From contig CAZATZ010000001.1 of assembly GCA_964488175.1 (NCBI GenBank), forward strand, positions 1 to 31,072: a stretch of 31,072 nt of DNA. Direction: 5' to 3'. The stretch comes from an uncultured Spirochaetales bacterium (GTDB taxonomy: Bacteria > Spirochaetota > Spirochaetia > SP-2023 > CAYRNA01). Position 1 is the stretch's first letter; every line of letters starts with the position of its first letter. The translations under genes and the position numbers were made by a program. Positions 15,896 to 27,303 of the stretch are shown piece after piece. The notes beneath the pieces were generated by a model, which saw only the letters and a list, made by a program, of their open reading frames with translations, searched no databases and was not told where the DNA came from.

Positions 15896-16315
15896 TTACT
15901 CCATTGTAAATTTTGTAACAAATCGGGTTTTTATAGGAAGTTTTGCACCCGCCAACTCCATCGCCTCCCGTGCAAGGGCTTCATCAACACCCGCCATTTC
16001 AAACATGACAGTCCCTGGTTTTACCTGAGCAACCCAGAATTCGACATTTCCCTTTCCTTTTCCCATCCGAACCTCTGCCGGCTTTTTCGTAAAGGGCGTG
16101 TGGGGAAAAATACGAATCCAAACCTTTCCACCACGTTTAATCCGCCTTGTCATAGCGATACGAGCAGCCTCTATCTGTCGAGAACGAATCCAAGCGTTTC
16201 CAAGAGAGACAAGGGCAAAATCTCCAAATGCGACCTTATTCCCTGAACTCGCTTTTCCTCCAAACATTCGTCCTCGTTGAGGCTTCCTGTACTTTACTCG
16301 CTTCGGCATCAACAT
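15896..16315 (-). CDS. rplP: 50S ribosomal protein L16
   Basis: [39 protein letters not shown]. Confidence 0.99.
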   Translation of the reverse strand: MLMPKRVKYRKPQRGRMFGGKASSGNKVAFGDFALVSLGNAWIRSRQIEAARIAMTRRIKRGGKVWIRIFPHTPFTKKPAEVRMGKGKGNVEFWVAQVKPGTVMFEMAGVDEALAREAMELAGAKLPIKTRFVTKFTME

Positions 16316-16363
16316 CTAGATATCCCTCTTCGCTTCTCTATTCATTTCTGGGTTAATTTCTGG

Positions 16364-17053
16364 CTAACCTTCGTTTTTCTTTGTTTTAATGACCGCACCA
16401 GCGTCACTAGGCTTTTCATCCCCTAGAATTTCACCGTTACAAACCCAAACTTTAATACCGATAACACCGTAAATAGTCTTCGCCTCACTCAGAGAGTAAT
16501 CGATATCGGCTCGCAACGTCTGAAGAGGAATTCTACCCTCTTTTAACTCAACACGCCTAGCCATCTCAGCACCACCAAGACGTCCAGAAATTTGTATCTT
16601 AATTCCCTTCGCTCCCGCTTTCATTGCAGAAGAGACAGACATCTTTAAAACACGTTTAAAAGGAGATCGTCCCTCTAACTGTCTAGCAATAGAGAGTCCA
16701 ATGACCTTGCTATCCAACTCAGGTCTCTTAATCTCACGGACCTTAACCTGAAGTTTTTTTGACGTTAATTTCTGTAATTTTTTGTTCAAACGCTCAATCG
16801 ATGCCCCTTTAGAGCCGATAATCACTCCAGGTCGCCCCGCTTTAATAAAAACGGTAACACGCTGAGGTTGTCTAACTATCTCGATCTCGCTGATATCTCC
16901 TCGAGAGGCCTCTTCATCACCAAACACCTCTTTACGAAGTAAAATATCTTCGTGGAGGACAGACGCAAACTCTCTTGGATGTACATACCATTGAGACTTC
17001 CAAGTTTTATTTACTCCCAGCCGAAAAGCGTACGGATTTACCTTTTGTCCCAT
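16364..17053 (-). CDS. rpsC: 30S ribosomal protein S3
   Basis: MGQKVNPYAFRLG, RPGVIIG, SGRLGGAEMAR, PLQTLRADID, YGVIGIKVW. Confidence 0.99.
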   Translation of the reverse strand: MGQKVNPYAFRLGVNKTWKSQWYVHPREFASVLHEDILLRKEVFGDEEASRGDISEIEIVRQPQRVTVFIKAGRPGVIIGSKGASIERLNKKLQKLTSKKLQVKVREIKRPELDSKVIGLSIARQLEGRSPFKRVLKMSVSSAMKAGAKGIKIQISGRLGGAEMARRVELKEGRIPLQTLRADIDYSLSEAKTIYGVIGIKVWVCNGEILGDEKPSDAGAVIKTKKNEG

Positions 17054-17064
17054 CTACAACCCCT

Positions 17065-17457
17065 CTACAGCGACTTTGACTCTGATTTCGACTCTTCGAC
17101 TTTAACATACAAGTGTGCCGATCTCTTCTGTTGAATATCTGCACGACCTCGACCTCGACGCCAAATCTTTTTCTGTCTCGCCCCTTCATTGATCATCACT
17201 GCTTCAACATAGAGACTCTCTTCGTCGATATTTGCATCTCGATCCTGTGCATTTGCCATCGCTGACAACAAAACCTTTTTTAAAAGTTTTGCTCCCTTGT
17301 TTGGCATCGCCGTCAATCGAGAGAGAGCACTTACGCACTTCTCACCTCGTATCTTATCAGCAATCGGACGTATCTTACTCGCCGCCATCGGTTGGTACAT
17401 GGCCGATGCTCTATAGCCACTCTTCCAAAAGGTCGGATCTTTTTTCTTTTTTGACAT
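17065..17457 (-). CDS. rplV: 50S ribosomal protein L22
   Basis: SKIRPIADKIRG, SAMANA, NEG...RGRGRAD...KRSAH; short N- and C-terminal extensions. Confidence 0.96.
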   Translation of the reverse strand: MSKKKKDPTFWKSGYRASAMYQPMAASKIRPIADKIRGEKCVSALSRLTAMPNKGAKLLKKVLLSAMANAQDRDANIDEESLYVEAVMINEGARQKKIWRRGRGRADIQQKRSAHLYVKVEESKSESKSL

Positions 17458-17467
17458 CTACTTCGCC

Positions 17468-17746
17468 CTACCTACTTCCCTTTTTATCCGATTTCGTATG
17501 TCCTCGGAACAGTCTGGTCGGAGAGAACTCTCCCAGTTTATGTCCAACTAAATTTTCAGTAATGAAAATGGGAACAAATGTCTTTCCATTATAGACAGAA
17601 AGAGTTGAACCAACCATTGCAGGAACAATGGTAGAGGCTCGAGAATAGGTCTTGATAGGCCTCTTCTCCCCCTTTTCTGCTGCTATTCTTATCTTTTTAT
17701 AAAGGCTCTTTTCAATAAAAGGTCCCTTTTTTAGCGATCTTGCCAT
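17468..17746 (-). CDS. rpsS: 30S ribosomal protein S19
   Basis: [35 protein letters not shown]. Confidence 0.99.
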   Translation of the reverse strand: MARSLKKGPFIEKSLYKKIRIAAEKGEKRPIKTYSRASTIVPAMVGSTLSVYNGKTFVPIFITENLVGHKLGEFSPTRLFRGHTKSDKKGSR

Positions 17747-17749
17747 ATA

Positions 17750-18583
17750 TTATCGCCCTCTCTTTTTTCGTGCCACAATAAACTTTTCAGACGGTTTCTT
17801 GGGATTTCTTGTCTTATATCCCTTGGTAGGAACACCCCAAGGAGAGACGGGATGACGCCCTCCAGAAGTCTTTCCTTCTCCTCCACCATGTGGGTGATCA
17901 ACGGGATTCATGACAACTCCCCGCACTTTTGGACGACGTCGCATCCAGCGAGCACGACCAGCCTTTCCTAAAGAGACGTTCATCTTCTCTTCATTTCCAA
18001 CCGTACCAATCGTTGCCATACAAGAGGTGTGAATCATTCGACTCTCGCCCGAAGGTAGTAGAAGTGTCGCATAACGATCTTCGATCGCCACTAGCTGAGC
18101 TCCTCCGCCTGCACCACGTACCAGTTGTCCACCTCGTCCCGGTCTCAATTCAACGTTATGAACAATTCGTCCTAGAGGAATTTCTCCCAGTGGCATCGCA
18201 TTTCCTAAAGAGATAGCAACTCTTTCAGTTCCACTAATAATGGAATTTCCTACGACTAAACCCTTGGGCGAGAGAATATAACGCTTCTCTCCATCTTTAT
18301 AGTGGATCAGGGCAATATTGGCACCTCGGTTCGGATCGTACTCAACCTGAGCGACCACACCTGGAATCCCATATTTGTCCCGTCGAAAATCAATTTTTCG
18401 ATACTTACGCTTAGCACCCCCACCCCGACGACGTACACTAATACGTCCTCTCGATCGACCTGCCTTCGCTCCACTTCCCTTTGTAAGGGATTTTTCCGAA
18501 CTCTTACGTGTTATCTCATCACTATGAAGGAGCTGAGTAAACCGTAACGTTGGGGTAGTTGGTTTAAATTTCTTTATTGCCAT
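17750..18583 (-). CDS. rplB: 50S ribosomal protein L2
   Basis: [39 protein letters not shown]. Confidence 0.99.
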   Translation of the reverse strand: MAIKKFKPTTPTLRFTQLLHSDEITRKSSEKSLTKGSGAKAGRSRGRISVRRRGGGAKRKYRKIDFRRDKYGIPGVVAQVEYDPNRGANIALIHYKDGEKRYILSPKGLVVGNSIISGTERVAISLGNAMPLGEIPLGRIVHNVELRPGRGGQLVRGAGGGAQLVAIEDRYATLLLPSGESRMIHTSCMATIGTVGNEEKMNVSLGKAGRARWMRRRPKVRGVVMNPVDHPHGGGEGKTSGGRHPVSPWGVPTKGYKTRNPKKPSEKFIVARKKRGR

Positions 18584-18595
18584 AAACCTCTGCCT

Positions 18596-18910
18596 CTACA
18601 CTCCCTCAAATCGCTCAATCCGTTCACCTTTGGGGAGAGAGACTATCGCTTTTTTCCAAGAACGGGTCGTCCCATGCCCACGTCGAAAATTCTTACGGGA
18701 AATAGGACGGTTGCTCTTTTTTTTCCCTCTTACATTGATGATTCTGCACGACTCTGGAGCCACCGAATAAATCGCTTCAACAGCTCGAAGGATGTCAATC
18801 TTTGTCGCTCTTTTTGAGACCTCAAAAGTATACTGCTTTTTCTCGCCTTCACGCAAAAAAGTACTTTTCTCCGACAAGACCGGTCTTAAGATAATATCGT
18901 ATTGATTCAT
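18596..18910 (-). CDS. rplW: 50S ribosomal protein L23
   Basis: RPVLSEKS, YTFEV, ATKIDI, NVRGK...WKKAIVSL; ATGA overlap with rplD. Confidence 0.97.
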   Translation of the reverse strand: MNQYDIILRPVLSEKSTFLREGEKKQYTFEVSKRATKIDILRAVEAIYSVAPESCRIINVRGKKKSNRPISRKNFRRGHGTTRSWKKAIVSLPKGERIERFEGV

Positions 18911-19542
18911 GCTTCCGTTCCATATAATTGATTCAATCTTTCTGCGGCGGACTGTAAGACAAATAATGTTTCACAGTAAAAAAGATCGTGAACCCGTAAC
19001 CTATCACTACTAAGTAGAGTTAAGTTTGGAATATTACTTCCCGCTCGTTTTAAGAGAGAGTCATTCTCCGAATAGATAAGAACGCCCCTCTTTGAAGAGA
19101 TGCCCAATCCGTCTAACATCTTTGCCAACTCTTTTGTCTTTCCAGACTCTACTGAAATCTCTTTAATAACTTTAAACTTCTCATCATCTTGAGCCTTTAA
19201 CGTCAAAGTTGAACGAAAGGCCAATCTCTTTAATTTTTTAGGGATCGAGTATCCATAATCTCGATTTTGGGGACCAAAAACAACCCCTCCTGATCGCCAG
19301 ATAGGAGAAGCTTTATCTCCAACTCGAGCGTTTCCCGTTCCCTTTTGGCGCCACGGCTTGCGATTACTTCCTCGAACAGCAGAGCGGTTCTTTGTCTGCG
19401 CTGTCCCCTGTCTCAGGTTAGCCAACTCGCTTTTGATTGCTTCGTAAATCGCACCTTGACTTATCTTTACACCAAAAACATCATCTTTTAACGAAATTTG
19501 ACCAGCGTCTTTTCCGTCGCTACTATATACCTTTTTCTCCAT
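18907..19542 (-). CDS. rplD: 50S ribosomal protein L4
   Basis: RQGTAQTKNRSAV, KPWRQKGTGNAR, SPIWRSGGVVFGP. Confidence 0.98.
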   Translation of the reverse strand: MEKKVYSSDGKDAGQISLKDDVFGVKISQGAIYEAIKSELANLRQGTAQTKNRSAVRGSNRKPWRQKGTGNARVGDKASPIWRSGGVVFGPQNRDYGYSIPKKLKRLAFRSTLTLKAQDDEKFKVIKEISVESGKTKELAKMLDGLGISSKRGVLIYSENDSLLKRAGSNIPNLTLLSSDRLRVHDLFYCETLFVLQSAAERLNQLYGTEA

Positions 19543-19589
19543 TACCCTACCTTAGTCCCTCTGTTCACGGTCAAATTGCAACTCTATCC

Positions 19590-20216
19590 TTAAGCCTTTT
19601 TCGCACTACGAATCAAGACAGTTGCTCCTCTTCGTCCAGGAACCGCTCCTTTAATAAGAAGTATTTGATTTTCTTTGTCGACTCGCACTAACTCAAGGTT
19701 TTGCACGGTAACTCTTGCCCCACCCATTCGTCCAGCGGTCTTAGTCCCTTTATGCGTTCGCCCAGGCCAAGTCGCCATTCCTGTACCACCAGCCTCTCTA
19801 TGAAATTTTGAACCGTGTCCAGCTGGGCCTCCATGGAAGTTATGTCGTTTCATAACCCCTTGAAACCCCTTTCCTTTAGAAGTTGCTACAGCGTCGATAA
19901 ATAGAAAGGATTCCAACAACTCGACTCCGAGTTTATCGCCTACCTTAACCTCTTTACCAAACTCTCGCATCTCCCAAATAGCTCTAACGGGTTTTTCTAA
20001 TCCAGCCTTCTGGGAAAGAGCGAATTCTGCCTTTGAGACGGTCTTCTCTTTTCTCTCTCCCGAGCCGATGACGGCGGCTGAATACCCATCTTTTTCATTC
20101 GTCTTTAGACCGAGAACAACATTTAACGGGACAGAGACAACCGTCACAGGGACAACATCTCCAGCCTCATCAAAAATCTGAGTCATTCCCTCTTTTTTTC
20201 CAATCAAACCAAGCAT
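19590..20216 (-). CDS. rplC: 50S ribosomal protein L3
   Basis: GKKEGMTQIF, SKGKGFQGVMKRHNF, HGSKFHR, GRMGG, KGAVPG. Confidence 0.98.
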   Translation of the reverse strand: MLGLIGKKEGMTQIFDEAGDVVPVTVVSVPLNVVLGLKTNEKDGYSAAVIGSGERKEKTVSKAEFALSQKAGLEKPVRAIWEMREFGKEVKVGDKLGVELLESFLFIDAVATSKGKGFQGVMKRHNFHGGPAGHGSKFHREAGGTGMATWPGRTHKGTKTAGRMGGARVTVQNLELVRVDKENQILLIKGAVPGRRGATVLIRSAKKA

Positions 20217-20232
20217 TAAAATTACCCCTGTT

Positions 20233-20535
20233 TTATTGTCGTATTTCGACGTAGACCCCTGCCGGAAGTTCTAGCTTCATCAGAGCTCCCATAACAGAGG
20301 GAACAGGATTTACAATGTCGATAAGTCTTCGATGTGTGCGCATCTCAAATTGCTCTCTCGACTCTTTGTTGACAAAAGTCGAGCGGTTGACAGTATACTT
20401 ACTGATCGTCGTAGGTAAAGGAATCGGACCGGAGACCTGAACTCCCTCCTTTTCAACCGTGCTAACAATCGAGCTTGCACTCTGATCAATGAGAGCAATA
20501 TCAAAACTCTTCAGTTTAATCCTAACTCTTTCCAT
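20233..20535 (-). CDS. rpsJ: 30S ribosomal protein S10
   Basis: [36 protein letters not shown]. Start moved to ATG 20535 (GGAG 5 nt upstream). Confidence 0.98.
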   Translation of the reverse strand: MERVRIKLKSFDIALIDQSASSIVSTVEKEGVQVSGPIPLPTTISKYTVNRSTFVNKESREQFEMRTHRRLIDIVNPVPSVMGALMKLELPAGVYVEIRQ

Positions 20536-20685
20536 ACAAACTCCAGTACTCAATTTTATAAACCAAATTTTAAGAACAAACACACAGGGAAAAAATGAGA
20601 GACCCATTCGCCTCCCATTCTCAAAGACCTCTTTGTGCAGGGGAACCTCAAAAATATTCCTAGGAACCGCTCCCCTTATAGATTT

Positions 20686-21873
20686 CTATTCAATAATCTC
20701 AAGTACCTGCCCACTGGCAACCGTTCTTCCACCCTCACGGATAGCAAAACTTAAACCTTGGAACATCGCAATTGGGTGAATCAATTCGATCTCAAGCTCT
20801 GTATTATCACCAGGCATTACCATCTGCTTATCCGCAGGAAGGACAACCGTTCCCGTGATATCCGTCGTCGTAAAATAGAACTGAGGACGATATCCACTAA
20901 AAAATGGATTGCTACGACCACCTTCGTCTTTTGTTAGACAGTATATTCTTGCTTTAAACTTCGCATGAGGGGTAATTGAACCAGGCTTTGCTAAGACCTG
21001 CCCTCTTTCAACAGCGTCTTTATCTATTCCACGCAGGAGAAGTCCAGCGTTATCTCCAGCCATTCCCTGATCGAGTTCTTTATTAAACATCTCAACCCCA
21101 GTAACAACCGTTTTTTGAGTATCGCGGATTCCCACAATCTCGACGTTATCACCGACGTTGACAACTCCCTGCTCAATCCTTCCCGTAACAACCGTTCCAC
21201 GACCACTAATGGAGAAAATATCCTCAACAGGCATCTGGAAGTCTTTATCGATCGCCCGAACAGGCATAGGAAAGTAGGAATCCATCGTATTCAATAGCTC
21301 GTCAATACAAGCCGTCGCCTCTGGATCCGTCAAGTCGCTCATCGCTTTAAAGGCAGAACCCTTAATGATTGGTGTATCTGCGTCAAATCCGTACTTCTCA
21401 AGACGCTCAGCAACCTCAAGTTCAACCAACTCAACCAGCTCAGGATCCGCTAAGTCCATCTTATTCATAAAGACAATGAGCTTTTCAATCCCAACCTGCT
21501 TTGCAAGGAGAATGTGCTCTGTCGTCTGAGGCTCAGGACCACTATCGGCTGCAACCAAAAGAATCGCACCATCCATTTGAGCGGCTCCCGTGATCATATT
21601 CTTAATATAATCGGCGTGACCAGGACAGTCGACGTGAGCGTAGTGACGCTTCTCTGTTTCATATTCAATGTGGCGAGTATTAATCGTAATTCCTCGCTGT
21701 CGCTCTTCGGGGGCGTTATCAATATCGTCGTACTTCATTGCGACGCCACCACTCTTTACAGCACAATACGCTGAAATAGCGGCAGTCAATGTCGTCTTAC
21801 CATGATCGACGTGACCAATCGTCCCTACGTTTAAGTGCTCCCGTTCCCCTCTTACAAATTTTTCTTTTGCCAT
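20686..21873 (-). CDS. tuf: Elongation factor Tu
   Basis: [47 protein letters not shown]. Start moved to ATG 21873 (GGAGG SD). Confidence 0.99.
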   Translation of the reverse strand: MAKEKFVRGEREHLNVGTIGHVDHGKTTLTAAISAYCAVKSGGVAMKYDDIDNAPEERQRGITINTRHIEYETEKRHYAHVDCPGHADYIKNMITGAAQMDGAILLVAADSGPEPQTTEHILLAKQVGIEKLIVFMNKMDLADPELVELVELEVAERLEKYGFDADTPIIKGSAFKAMSDLTDPEATACIDELLNTMDSYFPMPVRAIDKDFQMPVEDIFSISGRGTVVTGRIEQGVVNVGDNVEIVGIRDTQKTVVTGVEMFNKELDQGMAGDNAGLLLRGIDKDAVERGQVLAKPGSITPHAKFKARIYCLTKDEGGRSNPFFSGYRPQFYFTTTDITGTVVLPADKQMVMPGDNTELEIELIHPIAMFQGLSFAIREGGRTVASGQVLEIIE

Positions 21874-22008
21874 CTCACTATCCTCCGAAAGAATAAAAAG
21901 CAATCGCCTTCTCTATATACAAAATAAGAATCCCCTTTCGAAACCTAGAGGGGGAGCATCGGAATACAAAACGAATCCGACCTCTTATACTACAAACTTC
22001 TAATTAAC

Positions 22009-22479
22009 TTACCACCGAAAATGCGAGAAAGCTTTATTCGCTTCCGCCATTCGATGAACTTCTTCTTTTTTCTTGACCGCTGCCCCACCTTGATTAAAGG
22101 CGTCGAGAAGTTCGGCACCCAACTTCTCTTTCATGCTTCGACCACTACGTGTTCTCGCACTGCTAATCAACCACCGCATCGCAAGAGCTTGACTTCGAGC
22201 CGAAGGAACCTCAATGGGAACCTGATAAGTCGAACCACCAACGCGTCTCGACTTTACTTCGACTTGTGGCTTCACATTCTCTATCGCTTTGGTAAAAACC
22301 TTTAACGGATCGTCGTTTGTCTTCTTAGCCACCATATCCATGGCACCATAAAAAACACCCAAACCAACAGACTTCTTGCCGTCTCGCATCATGCAGGCGA
22401 CAAAACCACCTACTAATTGACTTCCAAACCGAGGATCCTTGACAGGCTCTCTCTTCTGTGCTGTTCTTCTTCTTGACAT
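22009..22479 (-). CDS. rpsG: 30S ribosomal protein S7
   Basis: MSRRR, GKKS, EVKSRRVGGSTYQVP, HRMAEANKAFSHFRW. Confidence 0.99.
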   Translation of the reverse strand: MSRRRTAQKREPVKDPRFGSQLVGGFVACMMRDGKKSVGLGVFYGAMDMVAKKTNDDPLKVFTKAIENVKPQVEVKSRRVGGSTYQVPIEVPSARSQALAMRWLISSARTRSGRSMKEKLGAELLDAFNQGGAAVKKKEEVHRMAEANKAFSHFRW

Positions 22480-22493
22480 ATATCTTAAGACCT

Positions 22494-22868
22494 CTACGCC
22501 TTTGGCTTCTTGGCACCGTATTTCGACCGGCCACGTCTTCGATCGCTAACACCCAGACTATCACGGGTTCCACGAACGATGTGATAACGAACTCCAGGAA
22601 GGTCTTTAACTCGACCGCCACGCACCGCCACAATGGAGTGCTCCTGTAGATTATGCCCAACTCCAGGAATATAAGCCGTTACCTCAATTCCATTACTTAA
22701 TCGTACCCGAGCAACCTTTCGCAGTGCCGAGTTTGGCTTCTTTGGAGTCGCCGTCTTTACTTGAGTACAGACCCCTCTTTTTTGTGGACAAGACTGTAAC
22801 GCAGGAGACTTTGTTTTACTAACAATTTTCTTCCGCCCTTTTCTCACCAATTGATTTATCGTTGGCAT
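22494..22868 (-). CDS. rpsL: 30S ribosomal protein S12
   Basis: [41 protein letters not shown]. Confidence 0.99.
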   Translation of the reverse strand: MPTINQLVRKGRKKIVSKTKSPALQSCPQKRGVCTQVKTATPKKPNSALRKVARVRLSNGIEVTAYIPGVGHNLQEHSIVAVRGGRVKDLPGVRYHIVRGTRDSLGVSDRRRGRSKYGAKKPKA

Positions 22869-22929
22869 ATATGTAGTAAACTCCTTCCTTACAAAATAAG
22901 TAACTAGGTACTCGTTGAGGCATTCGACT

Positions 22930-22958
22930 ACTCTACCGAAATCACCACCTCATATCAA
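22930..22958 (-). promoter_or_regulatory. Probable sigma70 promoter for rpsL-rpsG-tuf
   Basis: Minus strand TTGATA (22958-22953), 17-nt spacer, TAGAGT (22935-22930), about 60 nt upstream of rpsL. Confidence 0.55.
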
Positions 22959-23112
22959 GACAAAAAATGGAAGAAAAAGCATTTTCTCTGAGAAAACTCG
23001 CCGCACGGCGGAGGGGAACGATATCCTTCCTTCTGAAACTAGAAAAATACTTCCTCTTATCCTTACAACGAGGTCTTTTTGCTAAAAAATTTCATCTCCG
23101 CCACTCTAAAAC

Positions 23113-26100
23113 CTAAGAAGAGAGTGGCGTATTTTCTTCAACCGAATCACTCTCTTCTTCGAGTGAAACCTCTTTATTCTCTTTTTCTCGAGAATCCTCT
23201 ACCGTCACGCCGCTATACTGCACGATTCCCGTTCCAGCTGGGATAATGTGACCGATAATGACATTCTCTTTAAGTCCTCGTAGCTGGTCAACCTTTCCAG
23301 CGATCGAGGCGTTAGTGAGAACTTTCGTTGTTTCTTGAAAAGAAGCAGCAGAGATCCACGAATCAATACTCAAAGAGGCTCTTGTTATACTCTGTAAAAG
23401 AGGTTTCGCAATTGCGGGCTGACCTCCAGCCTCCATGACTCGTCTATTTTCCTCAAAAAAATTATACTTGTCAATGACTTGCTCGTAAATAAAACTAGTA
23501 TCGCCAACTTCGAGGATCTCAACCTTTCTCATCATCTGGCGAATAATCACCCCGATGTGTTTATCGTTGACCTCAACTCCTTGCATTCGGTAGACCTCTT
23601 GAACCTCGTCCAAGAGGAATCGCTGAAGCTCGTTCTCTCCTTTAATCGTTAGGATTTGATGGGGATCCATCTGTCCGTCACAGAGAGGTTCACCGTATTC
23701 AACGTTATCACCATCTCGTGCCAGAAGGTAGCGTCCAAGAGGAACAAGGTGTTTAAAGCGATTTCCAAAAGAGTCCTCTATTTCAAGAACTCTATTTCCC
23801 TTATTTCTTCCCGCAAAGTGAACGACGCCAGAGACCTGAGCAAGAATAGCGATTACGCTAGGTCGTCTCGCTTCAAAAAGTTCAACGACTCGTGGTAGTC
23901 CTCCCGTAATATCCTGCGTCTTTGCCGTACTTTTAGGGATTCGTGCCAAAACGGCTCCAGCCTCAACCGTTGCCCCTTCTTGGACGGCAACGATCGCATT
24001 GACGGGGAGATAGTAACACTCCTCCTTCTTACCTTTACGAACCAGCAGTCTCGGCTCTAGCGTATCGGAGGTATTTGTGGTGACACGAACCTCTATCTGT
24101 CCCGTATGAGAGTTTATCTCTGAGGTAATACTACTCTCAGGAATCATGTCGGCAAAGACAACCTTTCCCTCGACCTCTGCGATAATCGGCTCACTATAGG
24201 GATCGTAGGTTGCGATCGTCTGCTCTGGTAAGATAACGGTATTTAAAGCGACCTCTAAGGCTGATCCTGTTCGCATCTCGATACGCTGCTCTTGACCGAC
24301 TAAGAGGAAACGGTTTTTTCTCTGAATTCGGATAAAACCCGCCTCTTGTGCCTTAATCTCCTCGCCCTTCGTCGTTACGTAGAGAACTTCATTTTTAGCA
24401 ACTCGATCACCATTGACTAACGAGATCTCTTCTCCCTTAGAGAGACGGAACTCGCCGATGACACGGTTGTACTTGAGGTATCCTTTTCTCGTAAAGAGAG
24501 GATTTTCACCCTTTATAATCGTCGTTCCCACAATCTCGGTAATGACGATCGGCATCTTCATAAAGAGACTATTTCCCTCGGATGACGTACTCGCCGTTCC
24601 TCCGACGTGGAAGGTTCTCATCGTTAACTGGGTTCCCGGTTGTCCAATCGATTGTGCTGCGATAATTCCTACCGCCTCTCCGATATCGACCGTTTTTCTG
24701 CTCGCTAAGTTTCGTCCGTAACACTTCTGACAGACTCCGTGTTTCGCTTCACAGGTAAAAACCGTTCTGACGGTAACACCTTCAACTCCTAGGTGCTCTA
24801 ACTCACTCGCCACCTCATCGGTAATCTCTTCGTTTAAATCTAGAACGAGTTCTTTGGTAATAGGGTGTTTAATTCGCTCGAGAGTGAAAGCACCTCGAAT
24901 TCGATCACTAAGAGACTCGACGATCTCCTCGCCGTCTTTTAAGGCGGTGATATGGATTCCGTTAATCGTTCCGCAATCATTCTCGTTAATAACAACGTCT
25001 TGAGCGATATCGGCCAATCGCCTCGTTAAATACCCCGCATCCGCGGTTTTAAGAGCCGTATCGGCCAAACCCTTTCTCGCTCCGTTCGTTGAGATAAAGA
25101 ATTCAATAACCGAGAGTCCCTCTTTAAAGTTTGAGCGGATAGGGAGTTCGATAATATCTCCCGAAGGCTTAGCCATTAATCCACGCATTCCTGCGAGTTG
25201 GCGTATCTGGTTACGAGAACCACGAGCCCCCGAATCAGCCATCATGTAGACGTTGTTAAACCCTTCCTTATCCTTCTGAAGAGATTGCATCATCGTATCG
25301 GTTAATCTCTCATTGGTGTCGGACCAGACCTCGACGATCTTGTTATGCTTCTCTTCTGAGGTAATAATTCCAGTCTCTTGTTGCTCTTTAATCTTTTGAA
25401 CCTCTTCATTCGCCGTCTGAATCAGATCTGTTTTTTCGTCAGGAATCATCATGTCATCGACACCGATGGAGCAACCAAAGGTCGTCGCATAACGAAATCC
25501 GACATTCTTCAAATTGTTTAACAACTCAACGACGACTCCCGCTCCTTTGGCGGTAAAGGTTCGATCGATTAAGTTACGAATCGCCTTTTCAGAGAGAACC
25601 TCGTTGACAAACTCGACCCCCTCATTCAAATCAAGATTTAACTTAATTCGACCGGGCGTGGTCTCAAGAACGGTGTTGTCCTCTTGGATGACTCGAACGA
25701 GAGCTTGATCGGAGACGCTCTTCGTCTCCGCCGCCATAACCGCCTCATCAAAATCGGAGAAGAGAGAGTTCTCTCCCTTCGCCCCTTTGCGAATCGATGT
25801 AAGAGAGTAGAGGCCTAAAACCATGTCCTGTGAAGGAAAGACGACCGGTTGTCCGTTCGCAGGGTTAAAAAGATTACGCGAGGACAACATCAGTGTCCAA
25901 CACTCCATCTGAGCGGCCTCTGTCAGAGGGACGTGAACCGCCATCTGGTCTCCGTCAAAGTCCGCATTGAAAGCGTGACAGACGAGGGGGTGGAGACGAA
26001 TCGCTTTTCCATCGATCAAGACCGGCTCAAACGCTTGAACACTCAACCGGTGCAGCGTCGGAGCCCTGTTAAGTAGTATGGGATGCTCCCTTACTATCAT

Positions 26101-27303
26101 CTCAAGGATTTCCCAAACTGCGGTCTCTTCATTCTCAACAATCGTCTTCGCTCGCTTAATATTGGAAGCGATCTCATTCTCAATGAGAGATCGCATAATA
26201 AATGGTTTATAGAGTTCCAACGCCATTCGAGAGGGCAGACCACACTGGTGCAACTTGAGGGAGGGGCCGACAACAACGACCGAACGTCCCGAATAATCGA
26301 CCCGTTTTCCCAAAAGGTTCTGTCGGAATCGTCCCTGTTTTCCCTTCAAAAAATCGGAGAGTGATTTTAAAGGTCGATTTGAAGATCCTTTAACGACCTT
26401 CTTTTTCTTTGAATTATCGAAGAGTGCGTCGACCGCTTCCTGCAACATCCGCTTTTCATTACGGATGATAATATCGGGGGCGTTCAATTTTTGCATGCGG
26501 AAGAGTCGGTTATTTCGGTTGATGACTCGGCGATAGAGATCGTTAAGATCGGAGGTCGCAAATCTTCCCCCGTCCAACTGAACCATCGGACGCAGATCGG
26601 GAGGAATGACGGGAATCACATCCATCACCATCCACTCGGGACGACTCGCCGATTTTCTAAAATGTTCAACAATTTCAACTCGCTTGAGCAATTTTTTATC
26701 GCTACTACGCTTCTCGATCATTCTTTGACGCAACTCAGAGGCCAGAAGATCGAGGTCTATCTGTCTTAGTAAAATTTTAATCGCCTCGGCGCCGATCTCG
26801 GCGACAAAGTTTGATTCGTATCGCTCTCTCGCCTCGACATACTCCTCTTCGGTTAAGAGATCTAGCTTCTTTAGATCGGTGCCTCCAGGCTCAACCACGA
26901 TAAACTTCTCGTAGTAGAGAACCGATCGTAGCGTTGAGACCGAGAGATCGAGCAAAAGCCCCATTCTCGAAGGAACCGAGCGGTAGAACCAGATGTGTGA
27001 GACGGGGGTCGCTAACTTGATATGCCCCATTCGTTCTCGCCGAACTTTAAAATGGGTTACCTCGACACCACAACGATCGCAGACAACGCCCTTGTACCGA
27101 ATCGACTTGAACTTTCCGCAAAAGCACTCCCACTCTTTCGTTGTTCCAAAGATTTTCTCGCAGAAGAGTCCCTCTTTTTCGGGACGCAACGTTCGGTAAT
27201 TGATCGTTTCTGGCTTATTAACCTCACCGTATGACCACTCTTTGATCTGCTCTTGTGACGCCAACTTAATCATGAGACTATCAAAATTTTTAATGTCGTT
27301 CAT
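23113..27303 (-). CDS. rpoC: RNA polymerase beta' subunit
   Basis: Zn finger CFCGK...[51 protein letters not shown]. Confidence 0.99.
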   Translation of the reverse strand: MNDIKNFDSLMIKLASQEQIKEWSYGEVNKPETINYRTLRPEKEGLFCEKIFGTTKEWECFCGKFKSIRYKGVVCDRCGVEVTHFKVRRERMGHIKLATPVSHIWFYRSVPSRMGLLLDLSVSTLRSVLYYEKFIVVEPGGTDLKKLDLLTEEEYVEARERYESNFVAEIGAEAIKILLRQIDLDLLASELRQRMIEKRSSDKKLLKRVEIVEHFRKSASRPEWMVMDVIPVIPPDLRPMVQLDGGRFATSDLNDLYRRVINRNNRLFRMQKLNAPDIIIRNEKRMLQEAVDALFDNSKKKKVVKGSSNRPLKSLSDFLKGKQGRFRQNLLGKRVDYSGRSVVVVGPSLKLHQCGLPSRMALELYKPFIMRSLIENEIASNIKRAKTIVENEETAVWEILEMIVREHPILLNRAPTLHRLSVQAFEPVLIDGKAIRLHPLVCHAFNADFDGDQMAVHVPLTEAAQMECWTLMLSSRNLFNPANGQPVVFPSQDMVLGLYSLTSIRKGAKGENSLFSDFDEAVMAAETKSVSDQALVRVIQEDNTVLETTPGRIKLNLDLNEGVEFVNEVLSEKAIRNLIDRTFTAKGAGVVVELLNNLKNVGFRYATTFGCSIGVDDMMIPDEKTDLIQTANEEVQKIKEQQETGIITSEEKHNKIVEVWSDTNERLTDTMMQSLQKDKEGFNNVYMMADSGARGSRNQIRQLAGMRGLMAKPSGDIIELPIRSNFKEGLSVIEFFISTNGARKGLADTALKTADAGYLTRRLADIAQDVVINENDCGTINGIHITALKDGEEIVESLSDRIRGAFTLERIKHPITKELVLDLNEEITDEVASELEHLGVEGVTVRTVFTCEAKHGVCQKCYGRNLASRKTVDIGEAVGIIAAQSIGQPGTQLTMRTFHVGGTASTSSEGNSLFMKMPIVITEIVGTTIIKGENPLFTRKGYLKYNRVIGEFRLSKGEEISLVNGDRVAKNEVLYVTTKGEEIKAQEAGFIRIQRKNRFLLVGQEQRIEMRTGSALEVALNTVILPEQTIATYDPYSEPIIAEVEGKVVFADMIPESSITSEINSHTGQIEVRVTTNTSDTLEPRLLVRKGKKEECYYLPVNAIVAVQEGATVEAGAVLARIPKSTAKTQDITGGLPRVVELFEARRPSVIAILAQVSGVVHFAGRNKGNRVLEIEDSFGNRFKHLVPLGRYLLARDGDNVEYGEPLCDGQMDPHQILTIKGENELQRFLLDEVQEVYRMQGVEVNDKHIGVIIRQMMRKVEILEVGDTSFIYEQVIDKYNFFEENRRVMEAGGQPAIAKPLLQSITRASLSIDSWISAASFQETTKVLTNASIAGKVDQLRGLKENVIIGHIIPAGTGIVQYSGVTVEDSREKENKEVSLEEESDSVEENTPLSS

